From Minisyncoccota bacterium (GTDB taxonomy: Bacteria > Patescibacteriota > Minisyncoccia > Phycocordibacterales > Phycocordibacteraceae): a stretch of 64,000 nucleotides of DNA. The notes beneath the pieces are model-generated. The model was given only the letters and a program-made list of their open reading frames with translations. It had not been told where the DNA came from and did no database searches. A program made the position numbers and the translations under genes. Every line of letters begins with the position of its first letter. Position 1 is the stretch's first letter. Location: NCBI GenBank assembly GCA_039927695.1, contig JBDSUM010000007.1, positions 11,700-75,699 on the forward strand, given 5' to 3'. Shown here in pieces: positions 10,428 to 19,255 of this stretch.

Positions 10428-10835
10428 ATGAATACCGCCCCCTCGCCATTCGGACCAGATTACATAAAGCAGACGGTAGATCTGCTTACTACCGGTATTA
10501 CTCAAGCGACTGCCCATGACTATCGGATAGGATGGGATATTCTTCTCTCATTCCTCGCACACCATTGGCTCGGAACTCTTGGGGTACTGCTGGCTATCCT
10601 CGCGTATGCAGTACTTAGATATCTAATCACGGGACGATGGCGGGTACTTGGAAGTGTCCTCTATAACTATGTCTACTTTTTCATTATGTTCCTTATAGGA
10701 CTGATAGGAGGACCGGAACTTTACGCGAACGATTACTTCCCAATAATCGCTACTATTGTTTATGTAGTCTCATTCACTGTAGTTGGATTTATCCTTTTAA
10801 CTACAGGCGTACGCTCGCCATACGGAAGAAGGTGA
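10428..10835 (+). CDS. Small 3-TM membrane protein
   Basis: Three hydrophobic helices; 5 nt after the preceding gene, same operon. Confidence 0.45.
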   Translation: MNTAPSPFGPDYIKQTVDLLTTGITQATAHDYRIGWDILLSFLAHHWLGTLGVLLAILAYAVLRYLITGRWRVLGSVLYNYVYFFIMFLIGLIGGPELYANDYFPIIATIVYVVSFTVVGFILLTTGVRSPYGRR

Positions 10836-10949
10836 CAGTGCGATGTAACTATTTATGTGACACTCAAAACCTCGTTCCTGTGTCACTTTTGTAACTTTCC
10901 TAGGTGCACGAGACGCGTCGTTTTGAATTTTGAAAACTCACCAAACGGA

Positions 10950-12449
10950 CTAAGCAGGGCTTGATTCTATACGGTTCGAACTCGAGACGGCCAGCAAAGT
11001 TTCAAAATCAGCATTTTTAGGTGTTAGTGCGAGTAGGTTGTATGGGCTTTTGAATTGTATCTGCGCCATATTTCCATTTTCAATGGTCATGTTCGAAAGT
11101 AGTTTTTGAAGCATTTCTCGCTTTTCTACATCATCAACAAGCAAATACTTTTCTGCGGCTCTACTGCCTTCTATAAACACGTTTTGTATTTGTTCGAAAG
11201 TTACAGCGGCTACTCCATTTTTTGATTCAATTTCGTCTATTTGTTTCTGAAGTTCAACTCGTTTATTAGCTATCTCCTGCATCTTTTCTTGAAAGAGTTC
11301 TTTGCGGATTAAGCCAGAGCCAAAGCCATCAGTGAGACGAGATTCTGCTTCGGAAAGGGAAGCAAGTTCTTTGTTTAAGTTCTCTCGAGCAGAAGCGACA
11401 TAGTCAGTCTTTGTTTGGTAGCGAGTTTTGTATGCTTCACCGCAAATGGAAATAAGCTCCTCATCAAATTTAAGTTCAAGGAACATTTTTGAAAGGAGGG
11501 TATCTATTGCTTCAGAGCGTATGTATTTCTTTTTTTGATCACAACCCTGTTTACCGTTCGTACAATAGTAATACTGATGCCCACGCTGAGTATCGGCAGT
11601 AATGGCGCAACCACAGGATTCGCACCGAAGGTATCCTCGAGCAGAGTAGAAATTTCTTTTAGGCCGTGGGTGCTTACGAGCATGGAGGATGTCATCACAT
11701 GTATTAAAGAGCGAAACTGAAACGATAGCTTTATGTTTCCCAGGGTATACAACGCCATCTCGCTCCATGAGTCCGCAATAGAACTTATTTATAAAGAAGC
11801 GATGTATCTGATTCTTGAATACCTTTCCTCCCGTACGAGTTCGAAGACCTTCCTCATACAAGACCTCTACGATTTGTTGAAGCGTGTAGCCACCAGTCGC
11901 ATAGAGATTAAAAGCACGTACTACATACGGAGATAATTTCTTATCAATTTTGATACTCTTAGTTGCTTTATCATTTAGATATCCAAATGGTGCATGATTC
12001 GGCCATTCTCCCCGAGCTAACTTTTCTCGATTACCACGCTTCACTAGTTCGCTTAGATCACGAACGTACTGCGTAGCCATTGCTTGTTCAATACTCATGA
12101 GAAGAACATTGTCAGAAGGACTATAGTTCCGATCAAAAGTGCGGATGTTCTTTATGTTCCCATTCTGTAGAAGCCATTGAATTTGTCCGCCATCTACAGG
12201 GTTGCGAGTAAGGCGATCAACTTTCCAGCATAGAATAGCATCAGCTTTTCCTTTAGAAATATCTTTAAGCATTTGGTTAAAGATAGGGCGACCAGGTTCT
12301 TTAGCAGAACGACTTTCTCGAAGAGTGGAGACAATTTCTAATCCTTCTCGTTTAGCAACACCAATAAGTTCACGTTCTTGAGATTCAAGCGAAAGAACCT
12401 GCTTGTCTTCAGTATCAGTAGACTTACGGCAATAGAGGATGTACTTCAT
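10950..12449 (-). CDS. Large serine recombinase
   Basis: YCRKSTDTEDKQ catalytic Ser motif; recombinase domain; zinc ribbon CESCGC...YYYCTNGKQGC; coiled-coil C-terminus; 499 aa. Confidence 0.9.
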   Translation of the reverse strand: MKYILYCRKSTDTEDKQVLSLESQERELIGVAKREGLEIVSTLRESRSAKEPGRPIFNQMLKDISKGKADAILCWKVDRLTRNPVDGGQIQWLLQNGNIKNIRTFDRNYSPSDNVLLMSIEQAMATQYVRDLSELVKRGNREKLARGEWPNHAPFGYLNDKATKSIKIDKKLSPYVVRAFNLYATGGYTLQQIVEVLYEEGLRTRTGGKVFKNQIHRFFINKFYCGLMERDGVVYPGKHKAIVSVSLFNTCDDILHARKHPRPKRNFYSARGYLRCESCGCAITADTQRGHQYYYCTNGKQGCDQKKKYIRSEAIDTLLSKMFLELKFDEELISICGEAYKTRYQTKTDYVASARENLNKELASLSEAESRLTDGFGSGLIRKELFQEKMQEIANKRVELQKQIDEIESKNGVAAVTFEQIQNVFIEGSRAAEKYLLVDDVEKREMLQKLLSNMTIENGNMAQIQFKSPYNLLALTPKNADFETLLAVSSSNRIESSPA

Positions 12450-13228
12450 GGTGAGAGAATGTCTTCAAGAGGGTCGTAGTCGGGCTTAGGCAAAATGTAC
12501 GTCTTCTTAGTCATATTGCCAAGAAAGTCATGTTTCGTTTCCCATTCTTTTACAGGTTCACGTTCTAAGAACGCATACTTAAGCTGTTCAGCATGTTCTC
12601 CGCGAATAATCGTTTCTTTAGGGAACCCGTGCGATATACGAAGGAGTCTCATAGCAGTAAACATTATTTCTCCACCGCATTTGGTGAGGTATTTGGCCAG
12701 ATAACCTGCCAGTGCTGGAGAACCGTCAGTTTGGAGGACATCAACGAAACCCTCTCCCCAAAGGGTAGCCAAGGTTCTCGTTTGGCGTTCCGTCCCGTCT
12801 TGAAGTCGGCGTTTACCTTGGCGCGTATCTCCGAGATGCAATGGCACGTTAAAGAGAAGCCCATGAAAGTGGATTCGACCTCGAGGGGAGAGTTCAGGAA
12901 TAAAGAGGGATTGCGCACCAGGAAATTTACGGCGCAACCGCACTTGGAAGTCGCGTAGGGAATCGTTTGCGTATGAAGCATCGGAAGCGTCTCCAGCGAA
13001 GGTGAAGGTAGCCAGGAGCGGCACCCCAAATAGCGCAATGCCAGCATGCACCCTCCGCACACATATTTGTGCGGTTCGGCGAAGATTATCGGATCGCCTA
13101 GGTTGGTGTACAAAATCCCTCTCTCGAGGACGACGTAGCCGTACTTTGGGGGCAGGCGTTTTCTCGAATTCAGTGATTTCAACGACTTGACCATATTTCT
13201 TGAAGACAACGGGCATGTTTAAAATCAC
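12446..13228 (-). CDS. Rolling-circle replication initiator (HUH endonuclease, two-Tyr superfamily I)
   Basis: Motif 1 ATFTFAG; motif 2 HFHGLLF (HUH); motif 3 GYLAKYLTK (Y-x-x-K-Y as in phiX174 gpA / Microviridae VP4 / pC194 Rep); stop overlaps the recombinase start. Confidence 0.65.
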   Translation of the reverse strand: MILNMPVVFKKYGQVVEITEFEKTPAPKVRLRRPRERDFVHQPRRSDNLRRTAQICVRRVHAGIALFGVPLLATFTFAGDASDASYANDSLRDFQVRLRRKFPGAQSLFIPELSPRGRIHFHGLLFNVPLHLGDTRQGKRRLQDGTERQTRTLATLWGEGFVDVLQTDGSPALAGYLAKYLTKCGGEIMFTAMRLLRISHGFPKETIIRGEHAEQLKYAFLEREPVKEWETKHDFLGNMTKKTYILPKPDYDPLEDILSP

Positions 13229-13464
13229 TAACTGTGAGGGGATATCAAGTCAGGCGCTGGCGCGCCTGCCCCCTCGTCGCTTAAGCGAGCGTCGGTGTCA
13301 GGCGCAACCCCGCGCTCCCCACAAGCCGCAAAAACCGCCATGGACGAATAGAGTTCAGCAAATTGACCCAGATACTCATCTGCGGTCTCATCGCTAATCT
13401 CAAGCCCCAGACGGGCTGAGAAGTAGCGCTTAGTTCGATCAATTAAATGCTCGGTAAATTCCAT
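13228..13464 (-). CDS. Small hypothetical protein upstream of Rep in a GC-rich patch
   Basis: 78-aa ORF overlapping the Rep start by 1 nt; local GC clearly above surroundings. Confidence 0.3.
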   Translation of the reverse strand: MEFTEHLIDRTKRYFSARLGLEISDETADEYLGQFAELYSSMAVFAACGERGVAPDTDARLSDEGAGAPAPDLISPHS

Positions 13465-13800
13465 AGTGGTTTGAATGGGCGCAGTGGTGGAACTCCTCAG
13501 GAAATAGAAAACGCCCTTTTGGGGCGTAATGAATGCCTGTATTTTCGACCTAAAAGCAAAAAGCCGGCTGGTTGCCGGGCTACTCCTATATTTTTATATG
13601 CTTATTGTTGTGGTTTTTATTAGATTTCTTCTTAATTTGAATGTTTTGTTGGGTTTATTTTATTTATCTGTGCTTCCTACCAGCATATAACCAGTGCCCA
13701 AATCAAAAGGTTGCACCCCCGTGTGGTGTAATTTGACGAATAATTCGATAATACACAACTCACTCTCTTCGAAGATTAATATATGCTACGGTGAAAAGAA

Positions 13801-14208
13801 ATGAAGATTCCCCGCAGTACGATTATTGTCACACTACTAATACTTATAATTTCTTGTTATGTCCTTTACGAATTCCATTCGTGGATTTCTGGAATAGAAA
13901 ATAATCCCTCATCTGTTTCAGCCGAAGAACTTGTCTCTTATGTGTCAATCAAGGAACTAAAAACACAAATAGCTCTCGATAAATACCGAACAGAAGAAGG
14001 TGCCTATCCGAAGACATTAGCGGAACTTATACCAAGATATTTAAAAGAAATTTCCAATACTCCTGTTAAAGAAGTAAACGTATCGTATGAAAGAGTAAGC
14101 ACTACTTCATATAAGCTTTGTATGAAGCTCTCCACAGGCAGTGTCTCTTGTGGTAGCGAAAGTGCTACTATGGAAGGAAAGACTTTTAATAGCTATTCAA
14201 ATCCATGA
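13801..14208 (+). CDS. Membrane-anchored protein with GspG/pseudopilin-like C-terminal region
   Basis: N-terminal TM; QIALDKYRTEEGAYPKTLAELIPRYL resembles the conserved T2SS pseudopilin segment; no canonical prepilin cleavage motif. Confidence 0.35.
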   Translation: MKIPRSTIIVTLLILIISCYVLYEFHSWISGIENNPSSVSAEELVSYVSIKELKTQIALDKYRTEEGAYPKTLAELIPRYLKEISNTPVKEVNVSYERVSTTSYKLCMKLSTGSVSCGSESATMEGKTFNSYSNP

Positions 14209-14738
14209 AAGAATCAAGCACTTCACTCAGATTGTTCTTTGGAGCAATCGCAGTTTTATATCTCATATCATTTGGTTTCTTCAGTCTTGCTATGAGCTTT
14301 ATCGGACTCGGTGGGGAATATCTTTTCGGATCTGTGAGCGCAATAATGGGCTTTCTGGTAGGTATAATAGAAGCGATTATTTTGCTTTATTTCGCCATTA
14401 CTCTTCCCAAATACCTAAATGCAGAAAAGGTTAAATATGTGAAATGGTTCCTAATAATTTCCTTCTTGCTTGCGCTTATACCAGGAATTAGTAGTTGGGT
14501 CATGAGCCAAACAGCACCCAATATAATCAGTATTGTAGTTAGTGCGCTTGTGACCTGGTACCTATTTCATAATGTCTCCCGCCTTTCTCGGCCTGTGCCA
14601 GTAAGCGAGCCAGTGCCCGCGCAGATGGGCCCGCAGCCAACAGGCATAAAGAAAAGAATTTCTGGTGGTACGGCTTTTATTATTATCTTGGCGGTCATCG
14701 CTGTTGCAGTTATTGGGTTAATTTTTGCAGGGCAATAG
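14205..14738 (+). CDS. Polytopic membrane protein
   Basis: At least 4 hydrophobic helices; overlaps the previous stop (operon). Confidence 0.5.
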   Translation: MKESSTSLRLFFGAIAVLYLISFGFFSLAMSFIGLGGEYLFGSVSAIMGFLVGIIEAIILLYFAITLPKYLNAEKVKYVKWFLIISFLLALIPGISSWVMSQTAPNIISIVVSALVTWYLFHNVSRLSRPVPVSEPVPAQMGPQPTGIKKRISGGTAFIIILAVIAVAVIGLIFAGQ

Positions 14739-14759
14739 TTATGTTGCTGGAATCAGTAC

Positions 14760-15176
14760 CTATTTATTAAAGAGTTTCCAAAACGGTTGAGCATCAATCC
14801 ATTTTTGAGTCTCGAAATCAATATCATCTAAGTAGGACTCATTACTACTACACGATTCCCAAGAAAACATAGTAGATCGCGTATATACATTTCTTACCCA
14901 ATAGTGGCCTAGATTACTACATAGAATATTTTGATAACACGAAACTGCAATCAATATTAATGCAAGACCAATAGATGTAAAAAGCACTGATTTTAATTTA
15001 GAGAACTTCTTTTTATTCAGGTAAGCGTACAGCGAGGAGAAAATTCCAAATGCCAGAATTATTGGCCACCATTTTGCAAAATATGTTGTAGAGCCTGGCG
15101 CGCTAATGAATACAATAGCAAGAATTACTAAAAGAACTCCCGGAAGCGCTTTTAGAGGAATTTTGACCGTTTCCAT
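14760..15176 (-). CDS. Membrane protein
   Basis: 3 TM helices; convergent with the preceding genes. Confidence 0.45.
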   Translation of the reverse strand: METVKIPLKALPGVLLVILAIVFISAPGSTTYFAKWWPIILAFGIFSSLYAYLNKKKFSKLKSVLFTSIGLALILIAVSCYQNILCSNLGHYWVRNVYTRSTMFSWESCSSNESYLDDIDFETQKWIDAQPFWKLFNK

Positions 15177-15235
15177 CTAAACAATATAGCGCATCATTAT
15201 CTCAGATTTTAACTTCAATGAACAACCTACTTAAA

Positions 15236-15263
15236 TTTGTTCGAATATCGTCCCAGACGGTGC
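15236..15263 (+). repeat. Conserved intergenic repeat, copy 1
   Basis: tttgttcgaatatcgtcccagacggtgc. Confidence 0.8.
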
Positions 15264-15355
15264 TATGGTGGTGACCGCCACGCTGTTCGTCTCATATTTT
15301 AAATTCAAAAAGTGGGTATAAGAAAGCTCCACTCACACTTCTAAAAGTGATAAAT

Positions 15356-15381
15356 TAGTTCGGATATTGTCCTGGACGATC
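15356..15381 (+). repeat. Conserved intergenic repeat, copy 2 (diverged)
   Basis: tagttcggatattgtcctggacgatc; dyad kept as GTCC-TG-GAC. Confidence 0.6.
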
Positions 15382-15471
15382 TTGAATTGACTTATTCTGT
15401 ATTTAATATATAAAGTAATAGGAATTTAACCTGGTTCTTTGATAGAACCATAGCTGAGAAAGGAACCTCAA

Positions 15472-16539
15472 ATGCCCAGAATATGGACCGCTGAGGCCGT
15501 TGTCTCAGCGATTAAAACACTTCAAGATAATGGAGAGGCTCTTGATCTAACCTCAATCAACCAAGCTCACCGAAATCTACTTTGGGCTGCTACGAAATAT
15601 CATGGTACCTGGAGAAAGGCTGTTGAGGCATGTGGGATTGAATATTCATCAGTCTCACGAATTGCAATTGATCGCCAGTCCTGGGATAAGGAAAAGATAA
15701 TTGCGACACTGAAGAGTTTGTACGAACAGGGTCTTCCCTTGAATTCCAATTACGTACAGACAAAGCAACAACGTCTCTTTGGTGCTGCAACTAAATATTT
15801 CGGTGGTTGGCCTCAAACAGTGGAAGCTGCTGGTCTGAATTATGACAGGTTGCGAAAGGTAAAACTGCGCAACTGGTCCATAGAAGTAATCATTGAAGCA
15901 GTCATACATAGAGCACACTCCGAGAAATCGATAAGTGGGGCTGTTGTCTATGAAGAAGATAGAGGTCTATATCAAGCAGCTAAAAGACACTTGGGTAAAG
16001 GTGGTTGGGCTAAGGCACGAGTACTTGCAGGTTTCGCTCCAATCGATCCAGATCCCAAAAGGAAATGGACTGAAAAGAGTGTGACTGAAGAGATTCAGCG
16101 TCTTCATGCAAATGGAGTACAGCTTTACACCCAAGCCCTACAACGGAGCGAATTCAGTTATATTCTTGCAGCTGGTCGGAAAGTATTCGGAACATGGGCA
16201 TGCGCAATTGAACGCGCTAGCTTAAATTACGCTGAAATTCGAAAGGGCCGCAAGAACTTCTGGACACGTGAAGAAGTACTCCGAGGAATTAAAGGTCTTG
16301 AGGCGCAAGGTGTCCGCCTTAGTTTAAAGGAAGTAAGAGTTGGTCGTAGTGGTCTTATTGCAGCTGCGATAAAGTATTTCGGTTGCTGGAGTCAAGCGGT
16401 GGAAGCCGCAGGAATTCAGTACCGTTTACATTGCCAGACCTGGTCAACAAAAGCATGGCTGCGTCGCATGCATGTAGATGAATACAACGCGACTCTTGAA
16501 ACTTCACGAACACTTGCTAAGAAAAGGAGAATGCAATGA
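15472..16539 (+). CDS. Tandem-repeat protein (homing-endonuclease-associated-type ~50-aa repeats, no nuclease domain)
   Basis: Five repeats with core a.KYfGsW..AvEaAGi.Y (ATKYHGTWRKAVEACGIEY, ATKYFGGWPQTVEAAGLNY, AIKYFGCWSQAVEAAGIQY and two more). Confidence 0.5.
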   Translation: MPRIWTAEAVVSAIKTLQDNGEALDLTSINQAHRNLLWAATKYHGTWRKAVEACGIEYSSVSRIAIDRQSWDKEKIIATLKSLYEQGLPLNSNYVQTKQQRLFGAATKYFGGWPQTVEAAGLNYDRLRKVKLRNWSIEVIIEAVIHRAHSEKSISGAVVYEEDRGLYQAAKRHLGKGGWAKARVLAGFAPIDPDPKRKWTEKSVTEEIQRLHANGVQLYTQALQRSEFSYILAAGRKVFGTWACAIERASLNYAEIRKGRKNFWTREEVLRGIKGLEAQGVRLSLKEVRVGRSGLIAAAIKYFGCWSQAVEAAGIQYRLHCQTWSTKAWLRRMHVDEYNATLETSRTLAKKRRMQ

Positions 16540-17582
16540 GTATTTCAGCTATCACTAAGCACGGGTTCAAGTTGATTCCGGTTGCTGATATCCAAGAAAC
16601 TGTGGTGCAACTTCGCACCCATTATGCCAATGAGCCTCTTCAAGAACTGGGCAATTCTCTCGAAGATGATGGACTACTTCAGCCCATTGTCGTTGCCCCT
16701 GGTGATGAATTCAAATTCGAACTCATTATCGGCTCACGCCGTCTTCGGGCAGCACGTCATAAGGGTATGGAAGAAATTCCAGCCCTCGTGATTGAGGAGA
16801 CCAGTCCTCTGAATTATCTGCTGATTGCACTCGGCGAGAACCTTCATCGAGAAGACCTGAATCCATTTGAGGAGGCACACGCGTTCCTCCGTCTTATGAA
16901 GGATTACGGGCTTGGTGTGCAGGAAGTAGCCGTAAGAACGCATAAGGGCGAAGCGTTCGTTCGGAAGCGGATGGAATTGCTCAGTATGCCTGAGAATGTT
17001 CAGGCAATGATTGCTGAGAAGAAACTCGCCCTCCACTTCGTCCAAGCACTTGCTCGTTTGCCTACGGGTGAACAACAAGTGTATTACGCGCAGAAAGCTC
17101 TCTCTGAGGGTCTGTCAATCAGCGAGCTTCGGCAGTTGATTACAAGTGACGCGGGCGAGATGGCACCAAGAACAAAGCGGGATTTCTCCGCTGATAAAGT
17201 TCGTGTTCGTATCGATATGTTCGCTCGCTGGATGAAGCGACTCTCGGCGAACAGTGCCTTCAACAGAAGCCTCAATGCAGAAGAACGGGCTGCACTCGCG
17301 CGATCTGTCCAATCTCTGGATGGAGAGCTACGTGTTGCTCGTTCGGTGTTTGGCGAGTGGGTAGGTCGCACACCTGTGCGCTCGATCCCCAATCTGAGCA
17401 ATATCGTTGATGATCCCGATAACCATGGTGACCAGTGGTCACTGCGGCATATCGAAATGATTACCGCCAACGATCGCCCTTCTGACGATATGCTTGCAAC
17501 CAAGCTCGGCAGAAGTGTTGCTGCTATTCGTGGTATGCGATCCAAGATGCAAAGAGAAAGGAAGGATCGAAAAACCGGGTAA
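16536..17582 (+). CDS. ParB-like N-terminal domain protein
   Basis: ParB box LQPIVVAPGDEFKFELIIGSRRLRAARHKG; start overlaps the previous stop (ATGA). Confidence 0.75.
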   Translation: MSISAITKHGFKLIPVADIQETVVQLRTHYANEPLQELGNSLEDDGLLQPIVVAPGDEFKFELIIGSRRLRAARHKGMEEIPALVIEETSPLNYLLIALGENLHREDLNPFEEAHAFLRLMKDYGLGVQEVAVRTHKGEAFVRKRMELLSMPENVQAMIAEKKLALHFVQALARLPTGEQQVYYAQKALSEGLSISELRQLITSDAGEMAPRTKRDFSADKVRVRIDMFARWMKRLSANSAFNRSLNAEERAALARSVQSLDGELRVARSVFGEWVGRTPVRSIPNLSNIVDDPDNHGDQWSLRHIEMITANDRPSDDMLATKLGRSVAAIRGMRSKMQRERKDRKTG

Positions 17583-17606
17583 TACCGGAATATCGATCTC
17601 AACCTT

Positions 17607-17638
17607 AGACCCCTCCAAAAAGAGGGGTCTATTTTTTA
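17607..17638 (+). terminator. Rho-independent terminator after the ParB-like gene
   Basis: agacccctc-caaaaa-gaggggtct perfect 9-bp stem followed by attttttat. Confidence 0.8.
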
Positions 17639-17642
17639 TATA

Positions 17643-18224
17643 TTGTGTTATCCTGTTTACAGACAAGACATCAAGAGCATAGAGGTGCAAAGGGTTCTGG
17701 CCCAATACTCTATCCGCAACCTGCCTATAATCGGTAAGGTGCGAATTCCAGCCCGTAAGGGAAGATGTAACCAACCGAACAGACGGCCATCTCCCGGAGG
17801 TGGTCTTTTGTCCTTTATAAGGAGAAGTATCGTGACTGGTCATATTAAAATTATTGATCTGGAAAATGACCTTATTCCCGAGCTGGGAAATAAGAAAGAT
17901 ACCTTTCGTTCCAAGCAGGTATTTCGTTGCCCAGTATGTACATCGCTAACGAACAATATTGAAATTCGTGGCGGTTTTAAAGGTTGGCGCGCAAGCCCAT
18001 TTCCTATATGTCCGCATAGGGAACAGGAATGGCACGTCTTACTTAGAGTAAAGATTCGGCTTTCAGACCCTGCTCATCCCGTTTCTTACAGAAAGGAGCT
18101 TGAAGTTGAAATTGATTCATTAAGGTTAAACGCCAAGGATGATATATCGGGATCAGCAGATCTTTCATGTGAGAGGAAATTTCCCGCTACAAAGCTCATC
18201 ATAGAAGATAGAGGATATGACTAG
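17643..18224 (+). CDS. Hypothetical protein with Cys/His cluster (CPVC...CPH); likely shorter than the ORF
   Basis: ORF between two rho-independent terminators; possible Zn-binding residues; start uncertain (GTG near 17826 possible). Confidence 0.3.
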   Translation: MCYPVYRQDIKSIEVQRVLAQYSIRNLPIIGKVRIPARKGRCNQPNRRPSPGGGLLSFIRRSIVTGHIKIIDLENDLIPELGNKKDTFRSKQVFRCPVCTSLTNNIEIRGGFKGWRASPFPICPHREQEWHVLLRVKIRLSDPAHPVSYRKELEVEIDSLRLNAKDDISGSADLSCERKFPATKLIIEDRGYD

Positions 18225-18226
18225 TA

Positions 18227-18256
18227 CAAGGGGGTCAATTGACCCCCTTGTTTATT
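18227..18256 (+). terminator. Rho-independent terminator (perfect palindrome)
   Basis: caagggggtcaattgacccccttg followed by tttatt. Confidence 0.7.
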
Positions 18257-18270
18257 AATAGATAGCTAGA

Positions 18271-18300
18271 TTTGTTCGAATATCGTCCCAGACGGCCAGC
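18271..18300 (+). repeat. Conserved intergenic repeat, copy 3 (consensus-like)
   Basis: tttgttcgaatatcgtcccagacggccagc. Confidence 0.85.
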
Positions 18301-18303
18301 AAA

Positions 18304-19050
18304 TTGACTTATAATCTAACAAAGACAGGTGCTGCTTGGTGTCTAATAATCTTTGCTGCTTTTCTGGTATTTTCAGTAATCTTCCTAGCGTTCAGTATAG
18401 AAGATATCGAACATCTTTTTAGTATCGGCGGCTCACTCTCAATTGTAGTCGCACTCTTGGCGTATTTATATAAAAAAGAACAGGATCAAATCATCTCAAC
18501 AATTGATCAGATAACATTTTTTCGCGAAATAATAATTCCAGAGTCTGACTCAGTTAGAAAAGAAATGATTAAAAAGGATCCTCAGTTCGTAGTCTCTAGA
18601 ATAAGCCTCAAGAAACCTTCCATAGTAGAAATAAAAGAAGAGTTGCCTACAAATTTTGATAGACAATTAGAGATATTTTTTGATGCAAAAACTGCATATC
18701 CAAGTTTTATATTAGACGCAAAGATACTGGACAGACAGATTACATTACTAAACTTGCTTGAGGAATTTTCCCTCAAGGTCTTGGCTCGAGGAACAACTAG
18801 CAGTCCTGTATTAAAGGCGCTGCATAATGTGTTCGTTGAGACGGTAGAACAAAACTCTGTGGCGCTTTTGTTTGTAAGAGATTTAAAGAATACACCGCCA
18901 ACATATGAATCCATCCTTTCCCTTTATCGCGCGTGGGTAGATGGCACGACAAAAACTGTCTTGATTAAGAATCTGTATTCTGCGGGACTTATTAATAAAG
19001 AACAGAAGGATTATTTTTATACCGTTCGTCGTGAAGAAAAGGGTTTCTAG
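18304..19050 (+). CDS. Hypothetical membrane-anchored protein
   Basis: TTG start right after repeat copy 3; N-terminal TM pair. Confidence 0.4.
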   Translation: MTYNLTKTGAAWCLIIFAAFLVFSVIFLAFSIEDIEHLFSIGGSLSIVVALLAYLYKKEQDQIISTIDQITFFREIIIPESDSVRKEMIKKDPQFVVSRISLKKPSIVEIKEELPTNFDRQLEIFFDAKTAYPSFILDAKILDRQITLLNLLEEFSLKVLARGTTSSPVLKALHNVFVETVEQNSVALLFVRDLKNTPPTYESILSLYRAWVDGTTKTVLIKNLYSAGLINKEQKDYFYTVRREEKGF

Positions 19051-19074
19051 TTTTCTTAATATAAAAGATATATA

Positions 19075-19104
19075 TTTGTTCGAATACCGTCCCAGACGGC
19101 CAGC
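19075..19104 (+). repeat. Conserved intergenic repeat, copy 4
   Basis: tttgttcgaataccgtcccagacggccagc. Confidence 0.85.
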
Positions 19105-19144
19105 CAAGTTGAGATAGGTTCTGGCGTCCGAGACGCATTGATAT

Positions 19145-19193
19145 AACCAAAGGAAGAAAACCACCTCAATGAGGTGATTTTCTTCCTTTGGTT
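19145..19193 (+). terminator. Long stem-loop (possible terminator or structured RNA) after repeat copy 4
   Basis: aaccaaaggaagaaaaccacctca / tgaggtgattttcttcctttggtt; ~23-bp stem with one mismatch; 3' arm U-rich. Confidence 0.5.
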
Positions 19194-19255
19194 ACTCGAC
19201 GCTGGATCTTGTGTCGATAGTCCTGTAAGATATAGAATGTAAGTAGTTATTTTTC

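Larger units (their letters stand above)
714..10835. mobile_element. Prophage-like / integrative element remnant (serine recombinase, terminase pair, ParB-MTase, XRE/ImmA switch, NTase-2TM cargo); boundaries approximate
   Basis: Serine recombinase at the left end; phage packaging and regulatory genes but no capsid/tail genes; att sites not identified. Confidence 0.4.
10950..13464. mobile_element. Compact module: small ORF - HUH rolling-circle Rep - large serine recombinase (integrative RC replicon); boundaries approximate
   Basis: Three co-directional overlapping genes on the minus strand; GC-rich patch at 13.2-13.5 kb. Confidence 0.4.

Noticed and set aside
12495-13209. Opposite-strand and alternative-frame ORFs (12495-12704, 12593-12958, 12664-13209, 13002-13190) inside the Rep gene
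   Set aside because: They are shadow ORFs of the Rep reading frame, which carries the HUH and Y-x-x-K-Y motifs. None shows motifs of its own.
13501-13590. Short hairpins (acgccc-tttt-ggggcgt; agccggc..gccgggct) in the 13.5-kb intergenic region as terminators
   Set aside because: Orientation and U-tract do not match any adjacent gene end convincingly. They could equally be part of a replication origin for the Rep module. Evidence is insufficient.
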